Source: Gemmatimonadales bacterium (GTDB lineage Bacteria; Gemmatimonadota; Gemmatimonadetes; Gemmatimonadales; GWC2-71-9). Taken from it: a DNA stretch of 64,000 nucleotides. The notes beneath the pieces are model-generated. The model did not search any database and had not been told where the DNA came from. It worked only from the letters and a program-made list of their open reading frames with translations. Each line of letters starts with the position of its first letter. Positions within the stretch are counted from its first letter, which is position 1. Position numbers and translations under genes: made by a program. The stretch lies in contig JBDIWC010000015.1 of the NCBI GenBank assembly GCA_039794085.1, positions 14,513 to 78,512 on the forward strand, given 5' to 3'. Below are positions 51,173 to 60,328 of this stretch, piece after piece.

Positions 51173-54100
51173 TCAGAAGCCGATGTTGAGACGCGCGCTG
51201 TACTGCTTCGGCGGCGGCTGGGTGAGGAACTCACGGATGGCGAAGTTGCCGTTCCCCTGCCCGTTCAGCTCGGGATCGAGACCGCTGTAGTTGGTGTCGG
51301 TCCAGAGATTCCGGCCGGAGAGGGTGAGGCTCAGCCGGTCGGTCCGGAGCGCCCGGGTCCACGAATCGGGAGCGAAAAGGGTCACCGCCACTTCCCTCAA
51401 CTTGAGGAACTCGGCGTCCTCCAGGAAGCCATCATTGGTGGCCAGACCGCCCACCAAGCCCGCGTTGACAGCCACCGCGCGGATCTGATCGCTGAGCGGG
51501 GAGTTGATGTCCGCCACACCGGCGCAGTTCTGGCTGCTCCGGCAGCGGAAATCCTCGTTCAGGTTGTAGAGCAGGTGCCCCTGACGATAATCCCACTGGC
51601 TGCTGATCCGGATCTTGCTGCTGAAGAGGTTAACACCGGTGGCCAGGGAGAGCTCCCGCGTGGGGGCGGAATTCCCCTGGAACGAGAGGGTGTCCTCGAT
51701 CGAGATTTCGCTCGGATCGACCAGACCGTCGCCATCGGTGTCGGTAAAGGGGCGAATGGAGCGGGCAAAGTACCCGCCGAGGGGCAGGCCTTCCACCGCG
51801 CGCTGGGTGGTGCCGTTGAGGTTGATCGGCGCCACTCCACCGAGGCTCTTGAGCCGGTTCCGGGAGAAGGAACCGGTGACCGTGGCATCCCAGGAGAGGG
51901 TCTGCCCCGTGAAGATCTGGCCATTCAACGTGACCTCGATCCCCTCATTGGTCACGCTGCCCAGGTTGGCGAAGCGTGCAGCCGGAAATCCACCGGACGG
52001 AGCCACCGGCACATTGATGAGGGCGTCGGAGGACTTCTTGTTGAAGGTGGTGACTTCCACCGCAACCCGGCTGTCGAGGAAGTTGGCGTCGAACCCAAGC
52101 TCCCACTCCCGGGTGGTTTCTGGCTTCAACGCCGGATTCCCGAGACCAGCGAGGACAAGGGCCGCTGCGTCAGACCCATCGGCCACCGCGGCGGTGGTGG
52201 CGTCGAAGAAGACCAGCGCCGCCGTGGTGCCGGGCTGCAGACCCGACTTGCCCCACGCTCCGCGGAGCCGGAGCGAGGTCAGGAGCTTGCCTGTGGGGAA
52301 CCACGATTCGTCGCTGATCAGGTAGCTGATCGCGGCCTTCGGATAGTACTTGACCCCGAAGTTCTCGCCCACCGCGCTGTTCCGGTCAGCCCGGATGGCG
52401 CCGGTGAGGAAGAGGCGATCCTTGTAACCGAACACCTGCTCGCCGAAGAAGCCGAGCGTGATCGTTTCGGTCGTGGTTTCGCTGGCGAACTGGGTCGACC
52501 CGGAACCAAGCGTCTGGGAACCGGGCGGGAGGAACTGACCGAAGGAGTTGGTGCCCCGGAAGCTGCTCCGGAACCACTGAGCACCACCGGTGGTCTTGGA
52601 GGTGATGTCGTCGGTCAACTGGAAGGTGGCGGTGCCACCGAGATCGACGGAGTACTGGAGAATATTCCGGTCGTTCTCGGAGATTTGTCCCTGGCGCAAG
52701 GTGCCGAAGTTCGGGCCCTCGCCGAAGAACTGGGTGGCCCGGTCAACCCGGTTGGTGTAGTCCACCCCGACAACGGCACGGCCGGTGAGCCAGCTGGTCG
52801 GAGTGTAATTGGCCTGGCCGCTCAAGGTGAGGCGGCGAGTCCGCTGCTGGTTGCCGGAGTTGAAGGTCTCACCGGGACGGAAGAAGCCCCAGAGACCGGG
52901 GCCGACACTCGGATCTCCCCGGCCATTCAGGCCGCTGGAGAGAATGCCGAGGACGTTGTTGTCGTTCTCCGGCAGGTCGAGCTTGCTGTCGATGAACCCG
53001 GCGCTGACGTTGACCTGGGTCTTGGAGGAGGCCTGTGCCGTGACGTTGGCGCGCAGGTTGGTCTTCCGGATCCGGTTCGGGGTCTTCTCGACGTCCCGGA
53101 GACGGGAGCGTCCCGACTCGGCGAGAATCCTCGCCTCCTCGGCCTCGGGCATGTCGAATACGCCGTCCTCCCACTCCTGTTCGGCGGAGAGGAAGTACTG
53201 GGCCTGCTCGCTGCCACCCGACACGCTCAAACCGTACTGCCGGCGATAGCCGGTGCCCAGCGGAGACTCGACTTCGTCCAGGAAGGGGTTGAACTGGGCC
53301 ACCCGGCTGATGGTGCAGGTACCGACAGCCACCTGATCCAAGCGGCAGATCTGGCCCGGGGATCCACCCGCCCGGAGGGGGCTGAAGTTGATCTCGTAGT
53401 CGTTGTCGTCATCCAGGGCGCCCTGTTCGGTCCAGGCGTTCCACCGCGGGCGGCCGGCGCTGCCCCGCTTGGTGGTGATCAGGATGACCCCGTTGGCCGC
53501 CGCCGTGCCGTAGAGCGCGGCCGCGGAAGGACCCTTGACGATTTCGATCGAGGCGATCTCGTCGGGGTTGATGTCGTTGATACGGGAAGGCGACTGCCCC
53601 CCGGTACCCAAGGTTGACGATGCGGCTCCGCTCTCGGCCCGGATTCCGTCGATCACGAGCAGGGGCTCGTTGGACAGGGACACCGAGTTGGCGCCCCGAA
53701 TCCGGATCCGGGTGCCCGCACCGGTGGTGCCGGCCGACTGGATGACGGTGACGCCGGGAGCCCGGCTGACCAGCAGCTCCGACATGTTCTTGATCGGCGC
53801 TTCCTTGGCCAGGTCGTCCACCTGGATCACGTTCACCACATTCCCCAGCTCCGCTTTGCGGGTATCGCCGGTGGCGGTGGTGACGATTTCGTCGAGGGTG
53901 AAGGGAGAGGCGGTCAACTGGAAGTTCGCAGTGGCCTGCGTACCCGCCACCACGGTGACCGTCTGCGTGGCCTGGTCGAAGCCGAGCCGCACCACACGAA
54001 CCTGCACGGTGCCAGGATTCACGTTCCGGAGGGTATAGACACCTTCCCGGTTGGTGAACGTGGCGTTGTTCGTCCCCAGGACAGTGACCCGGGCCCCCTC

Positions 54101-54241
54101 CAGGGCGCCCCCGACATCGCCGGCTGCGGTGACTGTCCCCGTGATCGTTCCGGTCTGTGCCTGTGCCACGGCCGCTCCAAACAGGAGCAGCAGGGCACTC
54201 AGCCCACCGGAGACGAGCGTACGAAATCTGGCCAAACTCAT
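51173..54241 (-). CDS. SusC/RagA-like TonB-dependent outer-membrane receptor
   Basis: Signal peptide; N-terminal extension; LDEIVTT TonB box; DINPDEIASIEIVKGPSAAALYG..AANGVILITTKRG plug; GNPALKPE; terminal Phe. Confidence 0.95.
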   Translation of the reverse strand: MSLARFRTLVSGGLSALLLLFGAAVAQAQTGTITGTVTAAGDVGGALEGARVTVLGTNNATFTNREGVYTLRNVNPGTVQVRVVRLGFDQATQTVTVVAGTQATANFQLTASPFTLDEIVTTATGDTRKAELGNVVNVIQVDDLAKEAPIKNMSELLVSRAPGVTVIQSAGTTGAGTRIRIRGANSVSLSNEPLLVIDGIRAESGAASSTLGTGGQSPSRINDINPDEIASIEIVKGPSAAALYGTAAANGVILITTKRGSAGRPRWNAWTEQGALDDDNDYEINFSPLRAGGSPGQICRLDQVAVGTCTISRVAQFNPFLDEVESPLGTGYRRQYGLSVSGGSEQAQYFLSAEQEWEDGVFDMPEAEEARILAESGRSRLRDVEKTPNRIRKTNLRANVTAQASSKTQVNVSAGFIDSKLDLPENDNNVLGILSSGLNGRGDPSVGPGLWGFFRPGETFNSGNQQRTRRLTLSGQANYTPTSWLTGRAVVGVDYTNRVDRATQFFGEGPNFGTLRQGQISENDRNILQYSVDLGGTATFQLTDDITSKTTGGAQWFRSSFRGTNSFGQFLPPGSQTLGSGSTQFASETTTETITLGFFGEQVFGYKDRLFLTGAIRADRNSAVGENFGVKYYPKAAISYLISDESWFPTGKLLTSLRLRGAWGKSGLQPGTTAALVFFDATTAAVADGSDAAALVLAGLGNPALKPETTREWELGFDANFLDSRVAVEVTTFNKKSSDALINVPVAPSGGFPAARFANLGSVTNEGIEVTLNGQIFTGQTLSWDATVTGSFSRNRLKSLGGVAPINLNGTTQRAVEGLPLGGYFARSIRPFTDTDGDGLVDPSEISIEDTLSFQGNSAPTRELSLATGVNLFSSKIRISSQWDYRQGHLLYNLNEDFRCRSSQNCAGVADINSPLSDQIRAVAVNAGLVGGLATNDGFLEDAEFLKLREVAVTLFAPDSWTRALRTDRLSLTLSGRNLWTDTNYSGLDPELNGQGNGNFAIREFLTQPPPKQYSARLNIGF

Positions 54242-54447
54242 CTGGTGATCCCCTCGGTGAATGGAAACCTGATCGGCCCGCCACAGCGGACCTGTCTGCC
54301 CAGGGGCAGACCGAACACAAGCCGAAAACTTCTCAAGCATGGTCATGGAATGACGAGCATCACAGATGACAAGAAACGTACCACTGACAAAAAAACTGTA
54401 ACACTCTGTCAACAAAATGCTTAAGAATCCACGGTACTCTGGTCCGG

Positions 54448-54493
54448 GTCAAAACGACACGTTCGGATCGGAAACAAAGCGTGTCGTTTCGAC
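54448..54493. promoter_or_regulatory. Inverted repeat in AT-rich region upstream of susC (candidate operator)
   Basis: GTC-A-AAACGACACG ...18 nt... CGTGTCGTTT-C-GAC. Confidence 0.4.
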
Positions 54494-54503
54494 ACACTAT
54501 GCC

Positions 54504-54764
54504 GTCATCGCGAGGCGGCGGAGCCGCCGTGGCGATCTCGTGAGCGGAGGGATGTGTGGAAGAAGGATGGCGGGCCTTCATACCGGATCCCAACCACTTC
54601 AGGCAAGAAGGCCGACCTTCCCCAACCGCGCCGACATCGGCTCACGGGATCGCCACGGGCCCTGCGGGCCCTCGCGATGACAACATTCCCTCCGGGCCCT
54701 CGCGATGACAACATTCCCTCCGGGCCCTCGCGATGACAACATTCCCCTGCGGGCCCTCGCGATG
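54504..54764. repeat. Inverted REP pair plus 28-bp tandem expansion of one REP half
   Basis: GTCATCGCGAGGCGGCGGAGCCGCCGTGGCGATCTC (54504-54539); inverted GGGATCGCCACGGGCCCTGCGGGCCCTCGCGATGAC near 54647-54681; GGGCCCTCGCGATG starts at 54666, 54694, 54722 and 54751. Confidence 0.82.
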
Positions 54765-54770
54765 CCCCTC

Positions 54771-56294
54771 CTACGCCCGGGCCAGCATCCTCCGGATCGG
54801 ACCGATGAGCCCCACCATGATGAGGCAGAACACCAGCGAGAACGCAGTCACCGCTCCAAACAGCTGGGTGAGCGTGAACGACTCGTAGATGCTCGCCACG
54901 CTCCCCGCGATGAGATTCCCCACCGCCGCCGCCATGAACCAGACCCCCATCATCATCCCCGTCACCCGCGCCGGCGCCAACTTGGTCATGGCGCTGAGTC
55001 CCACCGGACTCAGGCAGAGCTCACCGATCGTGTGGAGGAGATAGGTCAGCAGGAGCCAGATCGGGCTCACCCGGGCTCCCCCGGCGGCGAGCGATCCCGC
55101 CGCCATCATCACGGCAAATCCCGCCGACAGGAAAAAGAGCCCGAGCGCAAACTTGGCGGGACTCGAGGGATCCCGGGGACCCAGCTTGATCCAGATCCAC
55201 CCGATCACCGGGGCCAGCACGATGATGAAGAGGCTGTTGACAGATTGGAACCAGCTGGCGGGGAAGCTCATCCCCAGAAAGCTCGAGTCGGTGCTCCGAT
55301 CGGCAAAGAGATTCAGAGTCGAGCCCGCTTGCTCAAACGCGGACCAGAAAACCGAGGCTCCGAGAAAGAGCACGAAGATGACCACGAGCCGCCGGCGCTC
55401 ATCGCGCGACCACCCCCGGCTCGCGAACAGCCAGAGGAAAAAGAGCGCCGCCGAGAGGACCACCCCGATGCCCAGCACCCGGGCCACCCCAACCGCCGTC
55501 ACCACCAGGACACCCATCATCGAGAGCACCCCGACCACGGCGAAGATCCCGACCACGATACCGAGCCCGTAGGCGAGCTTCCGCTGCTGAACGGCCAGCT
55601 CTTCCGGCGTGGTGGCCCCCCCGGGCACCAGCCCCGCATCCCCCAATCGCTTCCCTCCGAGCACGTACTGCACCAGACCGAAGAACATGCCGACCGCGGC
55701 CGCCCCGAAGCCCCAGTGCCAGGCGCCGGCGGGGTCGAGCCCCATGTTGGTGAGCATATCCCGGAATCCCTCGCTCTGGGCGAGCCATCCCGTGACCAGA
55801 GGCGCCGAAAACCCTCCGATGTTGATTCCCATGTAGTAGATCGAAAACCCCGCATCCCGCCGGACGTCGGCCGGAGTGTACAGCGTTCCGACCATGGCGC
55901 TGATGTTGGGCTTGAGGAGCCCGGTGCCGAGAACCACCAGCACGAGCCCCAGGTAGAACGACGAAAGCGACGGCATGGCGAGGCTGATGTGCCCGGCCAT
56001 GATGAGCACTCCTCCCCAGAGAACCGCCCGGCGGAGTCCGAGCACCCGATCTGCTATCCAGCCCCCGGGAAGGGCCAGCATGTACACCATGGAGGTGTAG
56101 GCCCCGTAGATGGCGCCGGCCCGGGCCACGTCGAAGCCGAGTCCCCCCTGAGCCACGGAAGCCGTCATGAAGAGGATCAGCAGGGCGCGCATGCCATAGT
56201 AGCTGAAGCGCTCCCACATCTCCGTGAAAAAGAGCGTCGAGAGCCCGGCCGGGTGGCCGAAGAAGGCGGTGTCCCGCGAGTCAGGTGGGGTCAT
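54771..56294 (-). CDS. Proton-dependent oligopeptide transporter (POT/PTR family)
   Basis: GHP.GL..LF.TEMWERFSYYGMRA (ExxERFxYY), GLLKPNIS, FSIYYMGINIG, GELCLSPVG. Confidence 0.95.
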   Translation of the reverse strand: MTPPDSRDTAFFGHPAGLSTLFFTEMWERFSYYGMRALLILFMTASVAQGGLGFDVARAGAIYGAYTSMVYMLALPGGWIADRVLGLRRAVLWGGVLIMAGHISLAMPSLSSFYLGLVLVVLGTGLLKPNISAMVGTLYTPADVRRDAGFSIYYMGINIGGFSAPLVTGWLAQSEGFRDMLTNMGLDPAGAWHWGFGAAAVGMFFGLVQYVLGGKRLGDAGLVPGGATTPEELAVQQRKLAYGLGIVVGIFAVVGVLSMMGVLVVTAVGVARVLGIGVVLSAALFFLWLFASRGWSRDERRRLVVIFVLFLGASVFWSAFEQAGSTLNLFADRSTDSSFLGMSFPASWFQSVNSLFIIVLAPVIGWIWIKLGPRDPSSPAKFALGLFFLSAGFAVMMAAGSLAAGGARVSPIWLLLTYLLHTIGELCLSPVGLSAMTKLAPARVTGMMMGVWFMAAAVGNLIAGSVASIYESFTLTQLFGAVTAFSLVFCLIMVGLIGPIRRMLARA

Positions 56295-56842
56295 GAACCA
56301 TCCTTGCCGAGTTTGCGTTTGAGCGCGGCGAGCTGAGCTTCCACGGCGGCCGCACGGGCCTGTCGGTCTGCCGCGGCGGCCTCGTGCGATGACACGTCCG
56401 GGTTGTACCCTCTCCCTGCTGACGCCGACGAACCGGAGGGGGGGGGAGGCATGACCCCCTGCTTCGCCAGGCGATAATGTTCCGTCATCTCGGCCAGCTC
56501 CGCTTCCGCCAGCCGCAATTCATCCCGCTGGACCGCCAGCTTCCGCTCCAGAAGGGCCACCCGGTCCCGATGCCGGGCTTCGAAACGCCCGGCCACCGTC
56601 ACAGTCTCCGCGTCACCGATCTCCCCGGCGAGCCGTCCGCGCCGCACGGAGTCTTCCAGATTTCGCCGTTCGGTCTCGACCTCGGCCTCGGTTCGCGCCA
56701 ACGCCTCCACCAGCACGGCAATGGCCGCCTTCGCCTCCACCAGCGCCCCCTGCAGGTCGGACGCAAAACCCCGGGCGTCCCGGCGGGGGGCGTACCGGGC
56801 CAACAGCTCGTCAAATCGGGCGTTCAGGTCGTCCAGGCTCAT
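56291..56842 (-). CDS. Coiled-coil hypothetical protein (PspA-like)
   Basis: Long heptad helices; RRGRLA.EIGD.ET..VA; C-terminal VEAQLAALKRKLG resembling PspA/IM30 ends; ATGA overlap with the POT gene. Confidence 0.6.
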   Translation of the reverse strand: MSLDDLNARFDELLARYAPRRDARGFASDLQGALVEAKAAIAVLVEALARTEAEVETERRNLEDSVRRGRLAGEIGDAETVTVAGRFEARHRDRVALLERKLAVQRDELRLAEAELAEMTEHYRLAKQGVMPPPPSGSSASAGRGYNPDVSSHEAAAADRQARAAAVEAQLAALKRKLGKDGS

Positions 56843-56919
56843 GAGATCCGGGGGTGGGGCGACCCCAATGTTAGGAGGTTATTATTGTCTGAGCAATGTC
56901 TCCCGCCGGGATTCTCGTG

Positions 56920-57399
56920 ATGAGTCGTTTCGTTCCGGTCCTCTTTCTGACAGTTCTGGCCTGCGGTGGAGAGCCCCGGGGGACCCCCGCCTGCGGCATT
57001 GCGGCCCTGGCGGCACCGACCCTTCTCCTCGATCAGTTTCGGGTGGAAGGCCGGGTTCTCAGCGTGGCGCCGGACTTTCCACCCGCCGTCCTCCCGGTGC
57101 GAATCTCCGCCGGTCCCGCCCTCCGGGGTGTGGTCTCCAACCCGGGGACCGGGTGGATCGTGGGCGTGGATGGCCCTCTCCCTCCGGGCCCTCCCCCGGG
57201 TTTTGGCGTCCTGGTGGTCGACCGGATCGAAGGGCCGCGGGGAGTGGTTCTCTACGAGGGTCAGCCGATCCGTGGGGCACCGGTGATCGGCCAGGTGGCG
57301 ACGTCGCGCGCCTCGATCCCGCTGATCGGCCTCGAGATCCCCTTCGCGGAGTTCGACCAGGTGGCGTGCCCGTTCTTTCCCGATTCCCTGAGGCGGTAG
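56920..57399 (+). CDS. Hypothetical lipoprotein
   Basis: MSRFVPVLFLTVLAC lipobox. Start may be 56896. Confidence 0.65.
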   Translation: MSRFVPVLFLTVLACGGEPRGTPACGIAALAAPTLLLDQFRVEGRVLSVAPDFPPAVLPVRISAGPALRGVVSNPGTGWIVGVDGPLPPGPPPGFGVLVVDRIEGPRGVVLYEGQPIRGAPVIGQVATSRASIPLIGLEIPFAEFDQVACPFFPDSLRR

Positions 57400-57454
57400 A
57401 GGGATTGAGCGAGGTCCATGGCTTGGAAGCCGAGGCCCGAATTGCCCACGGAAC

Positions 57455-57636
57455 GTCACCCCGGCGAAAGCCGGGGTCCATGGTCGAGCATACGGGGAGT
57501 CAACGCAAAGGCGCCAGGACGCAGGGACGCAGGGGTCTCTGGTGCCCCAATGGGATCCCAATCCGACGCGTAAGGGGGTGGGGGACTGTCTGCACAGTGA
57601 ACACCGAACCGGGATTCCCGCGTGCGCGGGAATGAC
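57455..57636. repeat. Inverted REP pair (REPIN-like) enclosing an 8-bp tandem motif
   Basis: GTCACCCCGGCGAAAGCCGGGGTCCA (57455-57480); GGGATTCCCGCGTGCGCGGGAATGAC (57611-57636); internal CAACGCAAAGGCGCCAGGACGCAGGGACGCAGG. Confidence 0.75.
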
Positions 57637-57769
57637 GGGCCATGGTGGTCCCGTCAACCGGTCAGAGTCTCCTGGGGCCCTTTGGCACTTGCCCGCCCCG
57701 AGTGGTGATTCGACCTCGGGGCGTGTATCGTTCGAGCATGCTGAAGTGTGCTGATCACCATGGTGGATC

Positions 57770-58615
57770 ATGATTTACGTGTGCATCCCGAGCCGCGACG
57801 AGGCGAAGACCCTCGGGCTCCTGCTCTGGAAGGTCCGGCAGGTCTTCGCCGAACTCGAGCGGGAGTACCAGTTGCTGGTGGTGGATGACGGGTCAACCGA
57901 CGACACGGCCACGATCCTCCCGAACTACGAACGGGCTCTCCCCCTCACCGTCCTGCGGGAGACCACGCCCACGGGAATGCCCCGTGCCGTCACGCGGCTC
58001 CTCCACGAGGCCCTGGCCCGCACCGATCGCCCGAGGCGGGATTGCGCCATCGTGCTCCATGCCGATTTCCGCCATGATCCGGAAATCATCCCGGCGCTGG
58101 TGAAGCAGATCGACAGCGGGGCCGACCTCGTCATCGCCGAGGGAACCCCTGACGCGGGCACTCCCCGTGGCTATCGCCTGCTCCGCCGCCTCGCTCCCTG
58201 GCTTCTCCGGGGACGGGGCCGCATCCCGGGAATCAGGGACACGGTGTCGGGGTGTTACGCCGCACGGCTCGCAACCGTCCGGGAGGCCATGCAACATCAG
58301 GTGGGAGACTGGATCGCCACCGACGGCTGGGCCGCCAACGCCGAGATGGTCGCGCGTCTGGCCGCCCGCTCCCGGCGGGTGGTGGGAGTCCCCATGCCCG
58401 AGCGCCAGGACCGGCAGCAGCGGCCCCTCCGGGTCCGGCCCTGGGAGGAGGCTCGTCGCCTCTGGACTTCGGCCGGACAGATTCCGCCCGTCGCCACCGC
58501 GAGCGCCGCGGTCCCCGTTGCGGATCCCGGCCCGGACCGGGACCCGGGAGAGGAGCGGCCACCCCGGAAACGGCGACGGCGGCGTCGGCCGGCCCGGCGA
58601 AGTGCCACCACATGA
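57770..58615 (+). CDS. Glycosyltransferase family 2 (DPM1/ArnC-like fold)
   Basis: IYVCIPSRDE, LLVVDDGSTDDT, VLHADFRHDP, DTVSGC. Confidence 0.82.
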   Translation: MIYVCIPSRDEAKTLGLLLWKVRQVFAELEREYQLLVVDDGSTDDTATILPNYERALPLTVLRETTPTGMPRAVTRLLHEALARTDRPRRDCAIVLHADFRHDPEIIPALVKQIDSGADLVIAEGTPDAGTPRGYRLLRRLAPWLLRGRGRIPGIRDTVSGCYAARLATVREAMQHQVGDWIATDGWAANAEMVARLAARSRRVVGVPMPERQDRQQRPLRVRPWEEARRLWTSAGQIPPVATASAAVPVADPGPDRDPGEERPPRKRRRRRRPARRSATT

Positions 58616-59364
58616 CGGGCGGCCTTTCTCTCGCCCTGCTGCTGATGCAGGCGGGCAGCGGTGGACCGATGGTGACCACCCCCGATACACCGGCGGTGGC
58701 CCGGCATCCCTTCGCCGTCGGTGAGTCGCTCAGCTACAGTGCGAAGCTCGGCATCCTCCGGCTGGGTAGCGCCACGGTGGAGGTGGCGGGGCTCGACACC
58801 CTGCGTGGAGACGAGACCTACCGGTTCCGGTTCCAGCTCGAGGCGGGGAACCTGTTCTTCCGCCTCAACGATGTGATGGAATCGTGGACCCGGGTCAAGG
58901 ACCTCGCCTCCCTCCGGATGCGCCAGGACCACGACGAGAACGGCCGCAAGCGACTCCGGGTCTACGACATCTTCCCCGACAGCGGCTTCTACCGGCAGGA
59001 CGACAGGCCACCCGAACCGACCGTGGCCGCCCCCCTCGACGATGCCGCCTTCCTCTATTTCGTCCGCAGCATTCCCCTCGAAGTGGGGAAAACCTACCGG
59101 TTCAACCGCTACTTCCGCCGCGAAAAGAACCCCATGATCATCCGGGTGCTGAAGCGGGAGGAGATGAAGCTCCCCGATGGCAGCCGGGTCATGTGCCTGG
59201 TGCTCAACCCCGAGATCGACGAGAAGGGGATGTTTTCGAAGCGGGCCGAGGCCCGTCTCTGGCTCACCGACGACGCGCGGCGCATCCCGGTGCAGATTCA
59301 GTCACGCTATGAGTTCGGCAAGGTGACTTTGCGACTGGAGGAGATGCGGGTGGGGGGGAGGTAG
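58612..59364 (+). CDS. DUF3108-like exported protein
   Basis: PFAVGESLSY.AKLG.L.LG.A, D..AFLYFVR, E..LWLTDD.RRIPV.I; ATGA overlap with GT2. Confidence 0.78.
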   Translation: MTGGLSLALLLMQAGSGGPMVTTPDTPAVARHPFAVGESLSYSAKLGILRLGSATVEVAGLDTLRGDETYRFRFQLEAGNLFFRLNDVMESWTRVKDLASLRMRQDHDENGRKRLRVYDIFPDSGFYRQDDRPPEPTVAAPLDDAAFLYFVRSIPLEVGKTYRFNRYFRREKNPMIIRVLKREEMKLPDGSRVMCLVLNPEIDEKGMFSKRAEARLWLTDDARRIPVQIQSRYEFGKVTLRLEEMRVGGR

Positions 59365-59399
59365 GAGGGTGGGGAGGACATAGGACATAGGACATAGTT

Positions 59400-59732
59400 A
59401 GTCCCTTACGGACAGAATTGAACACAAAACGGCAACAATATTTTGGGCGACTCCCGCCCCCCCCCGCCGACCGTTCGGGTCACAGCGATCGCATCGGCCG
59501 CGCCGGGCAAGGGGAATGGCCACAAAAAGCACAGAAGTCACAAGAGGCACACCTCGGTGCGCATGGGGTCCCACCAGGGGCGAGAGAGGTTTCTGTGCCT
59601 TTTGTGCTTCTTGTGGTTGGCTCTGGGGGTGGGGAGAGGTACTCGGGCAGGACCGGAACCCATCCCGAAGAAAACCCATGCGCGACCCTGAGGGATCCTC
59701 TTTGGTTCCGGCTGTGCCGGCTTAGGGAGTGG
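59400..59732. mobile_element. ~330-bp non-coding dispersed repeat (MITE-like), copy 2, inverted relative to copy 1
   Basis: Reverse complement aligns end to end with 24237-24570 with scattered substitutions. Confidence 0.75.
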
Positions 59733-60026
59733 GCTGTAGGGTGTAGGGAGCAGGGCGGCCTGAACTCTGACCACACCTCATTCCCCCTGTCCGGGGCAGG
59801 AACCTCTCCCGGACTCCGTCTCCCTTGGCGCCCTTGCGCCTTCGCGTCTTTGCGTTGAATCAGTTCCATGGACATCAAGAGCCGGACGACAGGGTTAGGG
59901 GCCGTTCGCGAGCCCGTACTACACCTGCGACCTCCACCGATCCCCTCGCGGGCTCGGGGCAGGCCCCTCACTCCGTTCGGGATGACGTCGCTTCGGTCGG
60001 GATGACGTCACCTCGGGTTCCCGGCC

Positions 60027-60236
60027 TCAGTCCGCTGTGTGTTCCTTACCCTGGATCAGATCCCGGATCGCGTCGGCACCCTTCGGGAAGAAGACCCGCA
60101 GGAGGGTGTAGAACACGAATCCGAGAAACGCGAGCCAGAGGAAAGACCCCAGCAGTCCGAACAAGCCACCCAGCAACCGCATGGCAATCATTACCACGAT
60201 TGCGAAGCCAGCGAACCCTGCGATGGTCCTGACCAT
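60027..60236 (-). CDS. Small membrane protein (69 aa)
   Basis: AAGGAG RBS; two hydrophobic helices. Confidence 0.7.
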   Translation of the reverse strand: MVRTIAGFAGFAIVVMIAMRLLGGLFGLLGSFLWLAFLGFVFYTLLRVFFPKGADAIRDLIQGKEHTAD

Positions 60237-60328
60237 ACTATACTCCTTGATGAGGGCAACCGGTGCCCAGCCGTGGGATACGTGGATCCAGTACGGGCAA
60301 CGTTTCAAAAAGTTTCATAGGATCATAA

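Noticed and set aside
54666..54764. Possible mini-CRISPR (28-bp period)
   Set aside because: Contiguous tandem duplication without unique spacers.
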